A stretch of DNA of 64,000 nt from contig JBGAJA010000003.1 in NCBI GenBank assembly GCA_044225175.1, positions 69,428 through 133,427 on the forward strand, read 5' to 3'. Positions within the stretch are counted from its first letter, which is position 1; each line of letters opens with the position of its first letter. Below, piece after piece: positions 33,669-43,017 of this stretch. The position numbers were made by a program, and so were the translations under genes. This DNA comes from Candidatus Omnitrophota bacterium (GTDB taxonomy: Bacteria; Omnitrophota; Gorgyraeia; Zapsychrales; Fredricksoniimonadaceae). The notes beneath the pieces are model-generated. The model was not told the origin of the DNA. It worked only from the letters and a program-made list of their open reading frames with translations, and made no database searches.

Positions 33669-36401
33669 ATTAAAGACTATATTTCTCTGACTCTCAAGGA
33701 AGATGTACGTTTTCTAACCACACTTTTAGGAGACAACATCCGCGAACAGGAAGGTGAGGCTTTCTTTAATAAGATTGAAAGCATCCGCAAGCTTGCTATC
33801 CAAATCCGCGAAGGCGGCAACAACGATAAAATTGAGACTCAACGAAAGATGATTGATTCGTTGTCGCTGGAGGAGGCTTACAAAGTTGCCCGCGCATTTA
33901 GTATTTATTTCCAGCTGGTCAATATTGCGGAGGAGCGTCAGCGTATCCGCCGTCTGCGTGAATACGCCAAAGACCAATCCAGCCTTCTTGACATGTCCCT
34001 TAGAAAAGTTTTTCATGATTTGAAAGAAATGAAAGTTCCAGCTAGTCGGATTACTGAACTTTTGGGAAACATGGAAATCGAACTTGTTCTAACCGCCCAT
34101 CCTACTGAAGCGAAACGCCATTCAGTGCTTGATCATCTATTACATATTGCTGTTGATTTAGCCAGGCTAGGAAACAATGATCTGCCTGTTATTGAACGCC
34201 ATCAAAATATCGAAAGTATCAAAGCTACGTTAGAGATTCTCTGGCAAACCTCTGAGATCCGCTTGCGTAAAGTGGAGGTGGTGGACGAAATCGATCATAC
34301 GTTGTTTTATTTCCGTCGAACTATTCTCAAACTTGTTAATAATGTTTACGATAAGGCTGTTGCTGAATTTCAGCATTCTTATGGGGATCGTGATCTTAAA
34401 TTTAAACCGTTTTTATATTTTGGTTCATGGGTGGGGGCTGACCGTGATGGGAATCCTAATGTTACGGCTGAAGTGACGAAAGAAGCAGTGCGCCGCCAGA
34501 AGGCATTGATACTGAATTTTTACCAGGATCGCATTCAAGGTTTTATCCGTGTGCTCAGTCAGTCGATGTCGCTTGCGAAAGCCAGTAAATCCCTATTAGA
34601 TTCCCTTAAAAAAGACGCACGTCTTTTGCCTGATGTGGCCAAGACGCTGGAAGGCTATGAATCCACCGAAATTTACCGCAAGAAGGTTACCTACATTCAT
34701 CGTAAACTGCATAATACATTAAGCGGCAAAGGTCATGGTTATCGATCAGCAGATGAATTTAAGGCTGATATTCTGCTCATGCAGCAAAGTCTTGAGAAAA
34801 ATAAAGGCGTATTGGCTAGTCAGTATTTTTTGAAATATTTGCTCGTGCAGGTGGAAACGTTTGGTTTTTATCTGGCGAGAATGGATTTTCGTGATCATAG
34901 CCGCAAGATTCGCCAGACGCTGGTAGAAATGTTTCCAGAAGACAATGCCATGGATAAAGATTTTCTTTTGAATCAAATTGAGCAGGAGAAAAAGAAAAGC
35001 CGCACTAAGATCTTTAGTCCTGAATCAAAAGACATTTTGGATCAATTGAAAGCCTTTCATGAAATTCAAAAGAGCGGCGGAAGTCAGTTAGTTAGCGATT
35101 ACATCATCAGCATGACGGAAAACACCAATGATATGCTGGCCCTATTTTATTTGGCCAAACGTCAGGGATTGATTAAGTTTAAAAATAAGAAAGTGGTAAA
35201 AGCTGATATCGGCATTGTTCCGTTATTTGAAGTCATTGATATTCTCGATAGTAGCCATGAAATTCTTGATGAGTTATTTTCAATTCCAATGTATCGCGAG
35301 TATCTCAAAGCGCGGGGCGATTTTCAGCAAGTGATGTTGGGATATTCTGACAGCAGTAAAGATGGTGGTTATCTTGCAGCCAACTGGAAGATTTATATCG
35401 CACAGAAAAAGCTTTTGGAGACAGCTCAAAAACATAACGTTAAACTGCAAATTTTTCATGGTAAGGGTGGCACCATTGATCGTGGAGGTGGCCAGTCTCA
35501 CAAAGCAATTTTGGCTCAGCCAGCCTCCGCCCCATTGGGACAAATTAAAATTACTGAACAGGGGGAGGTCATTTCACAAAAGTATTCCAATCCTGTTACC
35601 GCTGAACGAAATATAGAACAGCTAATAACCGCAGTCTTGTGGACAAATCTCGTCAGTCGTAAAGAAGTGAAAAATAATCCCCGCATTCCCGTTTGGGAAA
35701 AACGCCTGGAGGAGTTGTCGGCCTATTCTCTTAGTTTTTATCGACAGCTGATTGGAACTGAAGGATTTGTTGAGTTTTATAATCAGGCAACGCCGGTACA
35801 AATTTTAGAATTTGCAAAGATTGGTTCGCGTCCCGTCCGGCGAGGCAAGAGAGAATTAAAAGATCTAAGGGCTATTCCGTGGGTCTTCAGCTGGATTCAA
35901 TCCCGTTACATCATTTCATCCTGGTATGGAGTAGGATACGCTATTGAACGATTTATTGAAGAATATGGCCCAGAGGCTATTGAAGAATTACGTGAAATGT
36001 ACGCAGAGTGGCCGTATTTTAGATCGGTGATTGATAACGCGCAGATTTCGTTGGAAAAGACAGAAATGTATATTGCCGACCAGTATGGAGTGCTAGTCGA
36101 AGATAAAGTTATTCGAGACAACATCATGCAGCAGATCCATAGCGAATATAAGCGTTCAATTGAAAAGTTGATCGAGGTTTCACTTGATAAAAAATTGCTT
36201 GATTCTAAACCAATTCTTAAGAATTCAATCCGCCTGCGCAATCCGTATATCGACCCCTTACATTACATTCAAATCCGTTTCTTAAAAGAAATCCGTCAGA
36301 AAGAATTCTTGTCTCAGAACGAAAGTGTTCGCATCAAGATGTATGAAACACTCTTGCTCACGATGAATGGAATCGCAGCAGGGATGAAGAGTACAGGTTA
36401 G
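33669..36401 (+). CDS. ppc: Phosphoenolpyruvate carboxylase
   Basis: LAHPTEAKRHS, VGYSDSSKDGG and FHGKGGTIDRGGG motifs. The conserved N-terminus (LKEDVRFLTTLLGDNIREQEGEAFFNKIESIRKL) lies in frame upstream of the first ATG (33849). The likely start is ATT 33669 (SD AAAAGGA at 33656-33662) or CTG 33687. Confidence 0.85.
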   Translation: MKDYISLTLKEDVRFLTTLLGDNIREQEGEAFFNKIESIRKLAIQIREGGNNDKIETQRKMIDSLSLEEAYKVARAFSIYFQLVNIAEERQRIRRLREYAKDQSSLLDMSLRKVFHDLKEMKVPASRITELLGNMEIELVLTAHPTEAKRHSVLDHLLHIAVDLARLGNNDLPVIERHQNIESIKATLEILWQTSEIRLRKVEVVDEIDHTLFYFRRTILKLVNNVYDKAVAEFQHSYGDRDLKFKPFLYFGSWVGADRDGNPNVTAEVTKEAVRRQKALILNFYQDRIQGFIRVLSQSMSLAKASKSLLDSLKKDARLLPDVAKTLEGYESTEIYRKKVTYIHRKLHNTLSGKGHGYRSADEFKADILLMQQSLEKNKGVLASQYFLKYLLVQVETFGFYLARMDFRDHSRKIRQTLVEMFPEDNAMDKDFLLNQIEQEKKKSRTKIFSPESKDILDQLKAFHEIQKSGGSQLVSDYIISMTENTNDMLALFYLAKRQGLIKFKNKKVVKADIGIVPLFEVIDILDSSHEILDELFSIPMYREYLKARGDFQQVMLGYSDSSKDGGYLAANWKIYIAQKKLLETAQKHNVKLQIFHGKGGTIDRGGGQSHKAILAQPASAPLGQIKITEQGEVISQKYSNPVTAERNIEQLITAVLWTNLVSRKEVKNNPRIPVWEKRLEELSAYSLSFYRQLIGTEGFVEFYNQATPVQILEFAKIGSRPVRRGKRELKDLRAIPWVFSWIQSRYIISSWYGVGYAIERFIEEYGPEAIEELREMYAEWPYFRSVIDNAQISLEKTEMYIADQYGVLVEDKVIRDNIMQQIHSEYKRSIEKLIEVSLDKKLLDSKPILKNSIRLRNPYIDPLHYIQIRFLKEIRQKEFLSQNESVRIKMYETLLLTMNGIAAGMKSTG

Positions 36402-36564
36402 GAAAGATTAAGAAGACAGAGCACGGGTGGGTCTAATCTCTACACGTATACATGGTGTTATGGATTATACGACTGGATTATTCTTGATAGCAGTTCCATG
36501 GCTATTAGGTTTTTACTGACTATGAATTAGGCGTGAAACATAGTATTCCCATCCGCATGGCAAA

Positions 36565-39500
36565 TTAAGATTTACTTGCTGTAAGACAAGGGAGGGTAAA
36601 AGAAAACACTGAACCTTTACCATATTCTGAAGTTACAATCATCTTGCCTCCATGCCGCTCTACGATTTTTCTACATATTGCTAAACCAATCCCAATCCCC
36701 GAGTATTCTTGGCCATGGAGGCGGTTGAAAATATCGAAGATTTTATTTAAATCTTCTGGCTTAATTCCTATTCCATTGTCTGTGATGGAAATAAGCCATT
36801 CTTGATCTTGTCGAACGGCAGAGACATTGATAAGAGGGGTCGTATTACTTTTATATTTTAAAGCATTACTGATCAAGTTTTGGAAAAGTTGTATAAGTTG
36901 GGTTTTATTGCCTAAAACTACCGGAAGTTTATCGAAGGTGATCTTAGCACCAGTTTTTTTGATCTTAATTTGTAGATTAGTTAGAACCTGCTTCAAGCAT
37001 TGTTTGCAATCAACTTCTTTTAAAGGGGTTTTTACCTGTTCAATTTGGCAGAATTCAAGCAATTTGCTGATAAGTTCCTGCATGTGCGAAACGCTTGAGT
37101 TAATGTGGCTTATAAATTCTTTGGCTTTCTCATCTAATACTTTACCTACATATTTCTTCTCCAAGAGTTGAAGATAAGAGGAGACCACATTCAGTGGTTC
37201 TTTAAGATCATGAGAGGCCATAAAAGCAAATTGTTCAAGATCGGTATTACTCCGTTTAAGCTCTACGGCATCATTTCGAAAGCGGTTGAGGGATTGCCTG
37301 TGCTTAGTCACATCTTCAATTCCAATCAAGATTAAAGCATCTTTACCCTGTTTTTGTTCTAATCGTGTCGCATTAAGCAGCATGATACGATGACCCAGGT
37401 TTTGAAAATTGTGCTCAATTTCATAATTATCAATTCTTTGCTTTTGTGGCAATATTTCTTCAAGTAGAGTGCGTAATTCTGCAATGTCCCACTGTCCATT
37501 TCCTAAATTGTAGAAACATTTGCCTTCTGTCTCTTTCTCTAAGACTTCAAACGTCTTATAGAAGGAATGGTTAGCGATTTTAACCCGTAGGTCTTTGTCT
37601 AAGACGACCAAGTTTTCTCTTGCTGTCTGTACCATAGCCCTACAAAAATCATTCATTTCTTGAAGATGCAAATTAGTACGTTTAATTCCTTCGATGTCAT
37701 TTAATGTAAGAATAGCTCCTTCAATCTTATTATCGGCAGTTTTATTAGGAAGCACCCGAAGCATAAACCACTGTCCATCTGAAGTCTGTATTTCTTGTTC
37801 TTTAACAATCACTTTATGGATAACATCAAGAAGGATGCGATTTAAGTTGATAGCTTTGATAGCATGTAAATCATTCAGTGGCCTATTCAATTCATTTGGA
37901 AGGAATTGAAGAATTTGAGAAGCAGCCTCATTAAAGCGACGGATCTTAAGATCGTTTCCGATCATGATGATTGGGATTTTAGTGCCGTTAAGCAAATTTG
38001 TTAAATCATTGTTAAGTAAGTTTATCTCCCTACTTTGGGTCTGAAGTTCTTCATTGATCGTCGTGAGTTCTTCATTGGCAGATTGAAGTTCTTCCTTGGA
38101 CGTTTCTAATTCTTCATTAGTGCTTTGCAGTTCTTCATTGCTGGATAGAATTTCTTCATTAGCTGCATCCTGCTGTTCAATGATGGATTGAAGATATTCT
38201 CGGGCAGCAGTCAAATCCCTTCTTAATTGGATAATTTCCTTTTTCTGTTCATTAGGAGTTTGATTTTTTTCTTGAGAAACAGGAGCTTCAATATCTACGG
38301 GTTTTGAGGCTTCAAACAAGATTAAGAAACAGCTTTCATTTGTTTCCGGTAATTTAACCGGAATGATCTCGAGATGGGCAACATGTTCTTTAGATCCATC
38401 TTTAAATTTTATATTAGGCCTATTAACTGTGACATGGGTTTCTTTGGCTTCTCGGATCGCTGTTCCAAGTTCCAATGCCAAGTTTTCTTTAGCCATTCTA
38501 AGAATATGAAAAACTGCTTCACCTGTGGGAGGCTCTAAATACAAATTAGTCTTTCCTCGAAACTGTAGAATCTCAAGATTTTCATTAATCAATACTCCAG
38601 AAGGGGAGTAACGCCCAACAATGATGCGATCAGCTTCTTTTTGGAAATCTGCAGTTGTAGGTACTCTTTGACTATTAGCAGGGGAAGAAAGAACGTAATT
38701 TTTTGTATTCTTATCCATATAAAAATACGTCTCAGGACGAAGAGCAATAAGCTTTTTAGTATAAATATTAAGTTTTTTATCCAGGACATTGAATAAATTG
38801 GAATGAATGCCTACTGTTTCTGAATTTCCCAACACCAGAAAACCATTCGGATTAAGAGCGTAATGAAAAGTTTTCAAGACTCTTTGCTGGAGAGGATTGC
38901 TTAAGTAAATTAATAAATTACGGCATGTGATAACATCCACTCTGGAAAAGGGCGGGTCAGCCATAACGTTTTGTTTGGCGAATATGCACATTTCTCTAAT
39001 GAATTTATTGATACGGTATCCCCCAGTCTCTTTTGTAAAAAAACGGCGAAGACGACTTTCTGATACCTCTGTTTCAATACTTTCGGTGTAAAGCCCCAAC
39101 CGGGCCTTTTCGATGCATTTAGGATCATTGATATCTGTTCCAAAAATTTGGATGGTTGGAGGGGAAGGTTTATGATCAAAGTATTCAATAAGTAGCATAG
39201 CCAGAGAATATGCTTCTTGACCTGTAGAGCAACCAGGTGCCCACATACGGATAATAGAAGGATTATTTTTTGTTATCTCAGGCAGAACTTTATTTTTGAT
39301 TGCTTCAAATATTTCAGGATCTCTAAAGAAGCTGGTCACATTAATCAGGAGATCATGATGAAGAAGTTCGATCTCTTGGTGATTATTTTCCATGTAAGTC
39401 AAATATTCTGCCAGGGTTTGCTTGGCATGAAGGGTCATACGCCGCATAATCCTGCGTTTGATAGTGGTGTCTTTATAATTGGTAAAGTCAATACCAGTGG

Positions 39501-40179
39501 TTGTTCGCAAAAGGGACAGGATTTTATGGAAGTCATTTTCTTGTTCTGGAATTCTAGAATCTTCATCAGCAGTAGCTTTATTGCATAGATAAGGATGACG
39601 GACAATGTTGACTAATTCACGTGCAATTTCTTCAGGAGGCATAATAAAATCGATGGAACCGCTTTCAACAGCATTGCGAGGCATCAGCTGATATTCCGCT
39701 GACTTTTCATTTTGAGCAAAAGTAATGCCACCCGATGCTTTGATCTCTGCTACTCCTACAGTGCCATCGGATCCTGTGCCTGAAAGAATGACACCAATAG
39801 CTCGGTTCTTTTGCTCTGCTAAAGATCGGAATAAAAGATTAATAGGTAAATGTGGGGCTTGGGAATCTCCCCGAGGAGACAGCTTAAAAATATCCCCATT
39901 CAGTTCTACATTAACATTAGGAGGAGTTACATAAACATGATTAGGTTCTATCGTCATGCCATTTTTTATTTCACTTACTGGAATGTTCGTTGTTTTCGAT
40001 AGAATACTGGTGAGTTGACTTGGAAAATTTGGAGCAAGGTGCTGAACAAACACGAAGGCCATTTGAGGGTCTTCAGGTATGTTTGCTAGGAACTTTGTAA
40101 ATGCCTCTAAACCGCCTGCTGAAGCACCGATACCAACTATGGGAAATATTCTTTTTAATTTATTCATGACAAATATCAA
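36565..40179 (-). CDS. CheB methylesterase-CheR methyltransferase-PAS-coiled-coil-histidine kinase fusion protein
   Basis: CheB motif PIVGIGASAGGLEAF; CheR AdoMet-binding motif (RMWAPGCSTGQEAYS); PAS segments; heptad-like NEEL repeats (SNEELQSTNEELETSKEELQSANEELTTINEELQ); HisKA ASHDLKEPLN; HATPase_c GIGIGLAICRKIVERHGG. Confidence 0.8.
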   Translation of the reverse strand: MIFVMNKLKRIFPIVGIGASAGGLEAFTKFLANIPEDPQMAFVFVQHLAPNFPSQLTSILSKTTNIPVSEIKNGMTIEPNHVYVTPPNVNVELNGDIFKLSPRGDSQAPHLPINLLFRSLAEQKNRAIGVILSGTGSDGTVGVAEIKASGGITFAQNEKSAEYQLMPRNAVESGSIDFIMPPEEIARELVNIVRHPYLCNKATADEDSRIPEQENDFHKILSLLRTTTGIDFTNYKDTTIKRRIMRRMTLHAKQTLAEYLTYMENNHQEIELLHHDLLINVTSFFRDPEIFEAIKNKVLPEITKNNPSIIRMWAPGCSTGQEAYSLAMLLIEYFDHKPSPPTIQIFGTDINDPKCIEKARLGLYTESIETEVSESRLRRFFTKETGGYRINKFIREMCIFAKQNVMADPPFSRVDVITCRNLLIYLSNPLQQRVLKTFHYALNPNGFLVLGNSETVGIHSNLFNVLDKKLNIYTKKLIALRPETYFYMDKNTKNYVLSSPANSQRVPTTADFQKEADRIIVGRYSPSGVLINENLEILQFRGKTNLYLEPPTGEAVFHILRMAKENLALELGTAIREAKETHVTVNRPNIKFKDGSKEHVAHLEIIPVKLPETNESCFLILFEASKPVDIEAPVSQEKNQTPNEQKKEIIQLRRDLTAAREYLQSIIEQQDAANEEILSSNEELQSTNEELETSKEELQSANEELTTINEELQTQSREINLLNNDLTNLLNGTKIPIIMIGNDLKIRRFNEAASQILQFLPNELNRPLNDLHAIKAINLNRILLDVIHKVIVKEQEIQTSDGQWFMLRVLPNKTADNKIEGAILTLNDIEGIKRTNLHLQEMNDFCRAMVQTARENLVVLDKDLRVKIANHSFYKTFEVLEKETEGKCFYNLGNGQWDIAELRTLLEEILPQKQRIDNYEIEHNFQNLGHRIMLLNATRLEQKQGKDALILIGIEDVTKHRQSLNRFRNDAVELKRSNTDLEQFAFMASHDLKEPLNVVSSYLQLLEKKYVGKVLDEKAKEFISHINSSVSHMQELISKLLEFCQIEQVKTPLKEVDCKQCLKQVLTNLQIKIKKTGAKITFDKLPVVLGNKTQLIQLFQNLISNALKYKSNTTPLINVSAVRQDQEWLISITDNGIGIKPEDLNKIFDIFNRLHGQEYSGIGIGLAICRKIVERHGGKMIVTSEYGKGSVFSFTLPCLTASKS

Positions 40180-40340
40180 TCGACAATTCTCATAGTAGGC
40201 CTATTAAAGAAATAGCGCAATCTTTATTAAAGTTGTAGTAGCCGGTAAAAACACCATTCAAATCATTTTAGACAAGATGAAGCAAAGATTAATTTTAGAA
40301 CATATTGCCAGAAAAAATTTAACTTTATTGATAATGAATT

Positions 40341-40352
40341 GTTATTTATAAG
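40341..40352 (+). promoter_or_regulatory. Candidate Fur-family (Zur-like) box GTTATttATAAG inside GATAATGAATTGTTATTTATAAGTAATGA
   Basis: Imperfect palindrome TTAT-tt-ATAA ahead of the metal-uptake locus, about 30 nt upstream of the -35 element. Confidence 0.25.
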
Positions 40353-40380
40353 TAATGAGAATGGGGATAGAGCGAATTGT

Positions 40381-40408
40381 TTGACAAAAATCTTTATTTT
40401 GTTATAGT
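40381..40408 (+). promoter_or_regulatory. Near-consensus sigma70 promoter TTGACA-16-TATAGT
   Basis: Hexamers at 40381-40386 and 40403-40408. The predicted TSS is about 40415, coinciding with the ATG of the small His-rich ORF. Confidence 0.5.
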
Positions 40409-40414
40409 CCTCCC

Positions 40415-40714
40415 ATGATTCATTTGCGCAACAAATTTCTTCTCGCTTTTGCTTTCTTGGTGGCTTCGATATTTCTATCGATTTCATTAGGCGGTGAATT
40501 CTTTCACCACAAAATCCACCATCATCAAACAACAGTTTCTCATGATGAGTGTCCGTTGCATCAATTGTTGGTCCAAGCTTTTCTTCTTGCTGTTGCATTG
40601 GGGTGGGGACTGCAGCTAATCAAGTCTTGGTCAAATGTTTTATCCAATGTAGCATTAGTTTTTCCTCCACAATATCTCCTCCCGAGTCTTCGCGCACCAC
40701 CAGTTTCTCTCTAA
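40415..40714 (+). CDS. Small secreted His-rich protein (HHKIHHHQ), possibly a leaderless mRNA
   Basis: Signal-like N-terminus KFLLAFAFLVASIFLSISLG. No SD. The promoter places the TSS at the ATG. The antisense ORF 40263..40598 is the competing call. Confidence 0.35.
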   Translation: MIHLRNKFLLAFAFLVASIFLSISLGGEFFHHKIHHHQTTVSHDECPLHQLLVQAFLLAVALGWGLQLIKSWSNVLSNVALVFPPQYLLPSLRAPPVSL

Positions 40715-40803
40715 AACATAGGTAATACTATTTTAGTCCCTCGCTATTAGCTCGGGATCAATTTGTCCTGCTTACGACAGCAGGATTTCATTGAGGAGAA
40801 TCT

Positions 40804-42078
40804 ATGCGTACATTTGCTATTTTTATCATTCTTTTTTTTCAATTGTGCATTTTTAGCCAGCTTTCTTGGGCAGATTCATCTGTGCAAGAAGACATGAAAG
40901 TCATGAAGGAGCAATTGGTTGCCATGCAGGCCAAGATGAATGCCCTTGAAGATAAGGTGGCTTATCAGCAGGAACAAATCAATCAATATGAAGCATCCAA
41001 GCAAATAGCGCAGCCTGAGACTACTCTTGCACCTAATCGTCTCATCCGTGGCAAATGGACACCAGAAATTGGGGTGGTTGCTGATACCGTCTTAAAACTA
41101 GATAGTTCTAAAGCGGATGGGGAAGGCAATAATCGGCTTTCTTTACGTGAATTGGAATTAGTCTTAGGAAGTGACGTAGATCCTTTTTCACGTCTGGATA
41201 CGACGATTGCTTTTTCAGATGCGGAAGATGAAACTGTTTCTTTAGAGGAAGCTTATTTGACACGGTTTGGCTTACCTTTGGATACAACGGCACGGATCGG
41301 TAAATTTAAGCCTAAGATTGGTAAAGTTTTAGGTACTCATCGGGATGGTTTGGATACCGTTGATGAGCCTTTGGTGATTCAACGCTATTTTGGAACAGAA
41401 GGAATGAGTAAGGCGGGTATTGATGTTACAAAAACATTAGATTTGGCCTTGCCCGTGACTCAACAAGTTGTTTTGGGGGTTCTTGAGGGTGGCCATGGGG
41501 AGGATGGATCAGCCTTTGGGACCACCCACAGGTCTCCGACACTCTATGGTCATTTGAAAAACTACATTGATCTTAGCGAAACGACAGGATTGGAAGTGGG
41601 ATTCTCTCCTATGTTTGGTTCAGGTAGTGACAAACCTGGTTTTGACTCTCAAGTGTTAGGCGCTGATATGACTTTGATTCAGCATCTTGGATCCATTCAA
41701 ACCATCAAATGGCAGAACGAAGCCTTTAATGTCAACCATCGCAAAACTGCAGGCATTGATACTGACTCCGATGGCTTTGCAGATACAAAAGTCGACGGAA
41801 ATATATGGGGAGCATATAGTCTTTTAGATTACCATTTCCATTCGGCATGGTCGGTAGGGTTTCGCTACGATTACACACAGCTAGTCAATAATGATCCAAC
41901 GGTTAATCCCCGCAATAATGATCAGGGTGAAACAGGCTATCTCACTTTTTATCAAAGTGAATTTGCCCGTTGGCGATTACAGTATAGCCATGCAGCATTA
42001 GCAACTGGAAAAGATAATAATACTGTGTATCTCCAAGGCACATTTGCGATTGGTGATCATAAACATAAATTACAATAG
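40804..42078 (+). CDS. Secreted protein with N-terminal coiled coil and beta-rich C-terminal domain (putative outer-membrane/porin-like protein of the metal-uptake locus)
   Basis: Signal peptide MRTFAIFIILFFQLCIFSQLSWA. Gln/Glu-rich coiled coil, then alternating hydrophobic beta-strand pattern. Confidence 0.4.
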   Translation: MRTFAIFIILFFQLCIFSQLSWADSSVQEDMKVMKEQLVAMQAKMNALEDKVAYQQEQINQYEASKQIAQPETTLAPNRLIRGKWTPEIGVVADTVLKLDSSKADGEGNNRLSLRELELVLGSDVDPFSRLDTTIAFSDAEDETVSLEEAYLTRFGLPLDTTARIGKFKPKIGKVLGTHRDGLDTVDEPLVIQRYFGTEGMSKAGIDVTKTLDLALPVTQQVVLGVLEGGHGEDGSAFGTTHRSPTLYGHLKNYIDLSETTGLEVGFSPMFGSGSDKPGFDSQVLGADMTLIQHLGSIQTIKWQNEAFNVNHRKTAGIDTDSDGFADTKVDGNIWGAYSLLDYHFHSAWSVGFRYDYTQLVNNDPTVNPRNNDQGETGYLTFYQSEFARWRLQYSHAALATGKDNNTVYLQGTFAIGDHKHKLQ

Positions 42079-42091
42079 AAAGGTTCACTCT

Positions 42092-43009
42092 ATGAAATAT
42101 TTGTTCATTTATTTTGTTTTGATTGGCGCTTGCATGACATCTCATGTATTCGCAGCTGAAAGTTTAAACATTGTAACGACTCAAACCATCTTCGCGGATT
42201 TGGTCAAACAGATCGGAAAAGATAAGGTGAATGTGCAAGCGATAGCATCGCCTAAATACAACATTCATTTTATTCAGCCTAAACCTAGTGATGTTCGTAA
42301 GGTGTCCAAGGCTGACTTATACATTAATGCGGGTCTGGATTTAGAAGCATGGTCTGATCCATTGTTAGAGGCTGTGGGTAACCTTAAGCTTTTTAGAAAT
42401 AGTCCTCGAAATGTGGATTTATCTCAAGGTATTAAGCTTTTGGAGATTCCCGACCATCCCCTGAGTCGAGCTGAAGGAGATATCCATGCTTTCGGTAATC
42501 CACATTTTCAAATGAATCCCGAAAATGCAAAGGTCATGGCGCAGACTATCCTTAAGAAATTAGAGGAGATTGATCCTGCTAATACCTCTTATTATGAGAA
42601 CAATGCCAAAGCGTTCTTTACTAAGTTGGAGGAGAAAGTCGCCCAATGGAGAACTCTCTGCGCACATTGTAAGGGCAAGGAGATTATTTCCTACCACGAG
42701 GACATTGCGTATTTCGCAGACTTTTTAGGGCTCAAAGTGGAACAGTTTTTGGAGCCAAAGCCAGGAATTCCCCCTACGCCAAAGCATATGCGGTTCTTAG
42801 AAGAGTATGCCAAGGCCAATCACATCACAGCGGTTGTTCGGCCGACATATTACTCTCAAGATGCTGCTCAATCCTTGGCAGGAAAAATTGGGGGAACAGT
42901 TGTTACTATCTGTCAGTCAGTAGGGGAAATTCCAGGAACAGAAGACTTTTTTAGTTTTTTTGACCATAACTTTATGCAAATTAGCCAAGCCATGCCTGCG
43001 GGCAGATAA
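42092..43009 (+). CDS. Metal (Zn/Mn) ABC transporter substrate-binding protein, ZnuA/TroA family
   Basis: Signal peptide MKYLFIYFVLIGACMTSHVFA with SD AGAAAGG upstream. DIHAFGNPHFQMNP and HEDIAYFADFLGL are cluster-9 SBP motifs. Confidence 0.7.
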   Translation: MKYLFIYFVLIGACMTSHVFAAESLNIVTTQTIFADLVKQIGKDKVNVQAIASPKYNIHFIQPKPSDVRKVSKADLYINAGLDLEAWSDPLLEAVGNLKLFRNSPRNVDLSQGIKLLEIPDHPLSRAEGDIHAFGNPHFQMNPENAKVMAQTILKKLEEIDPANTSYYENNAKAFFTKLEEKVAQWRTLCAHCKGKEIISYHEDIAYFADFLGLKVEQFLEPKPGIPPTPKHMRFLEEYAKANHITAVVRPTYYSQDAAQSLAGKIGGTVVTICQSVGEIPGTEDFFSFFDHNFMQISQAMPAGR

Positions 43010-43017
43010 GGAGTTAA

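Noticed and set aside
33726-36241. Several 76-111 aa ORFs on the minus strand and in alternate frames (33726..34016, 34746..34976, 35280..35543, 35362..35616, 35906..36241)
   Set aside because: All lie inside the well-supported ppc coding region, are antisense or out of frame, and have no RBS.
36827-39934. Plus-strand ORFs inside the CheB/CheR-HK gene (36827..37171, 37694..37909, 39217..39588, 39725..39934)
   Set aside because: They are antisense to a 1204-aa gene with clear domain homology.
40263-40598. 111-aa minus-strand ORF overlapping the His-rich small ORF
   Set aside because: It has no signal, promoter or RBS. The plus-strand alternative has a signal peptide and sits exactly at the predicted TSS of a strong promoter. 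Neither is certain.
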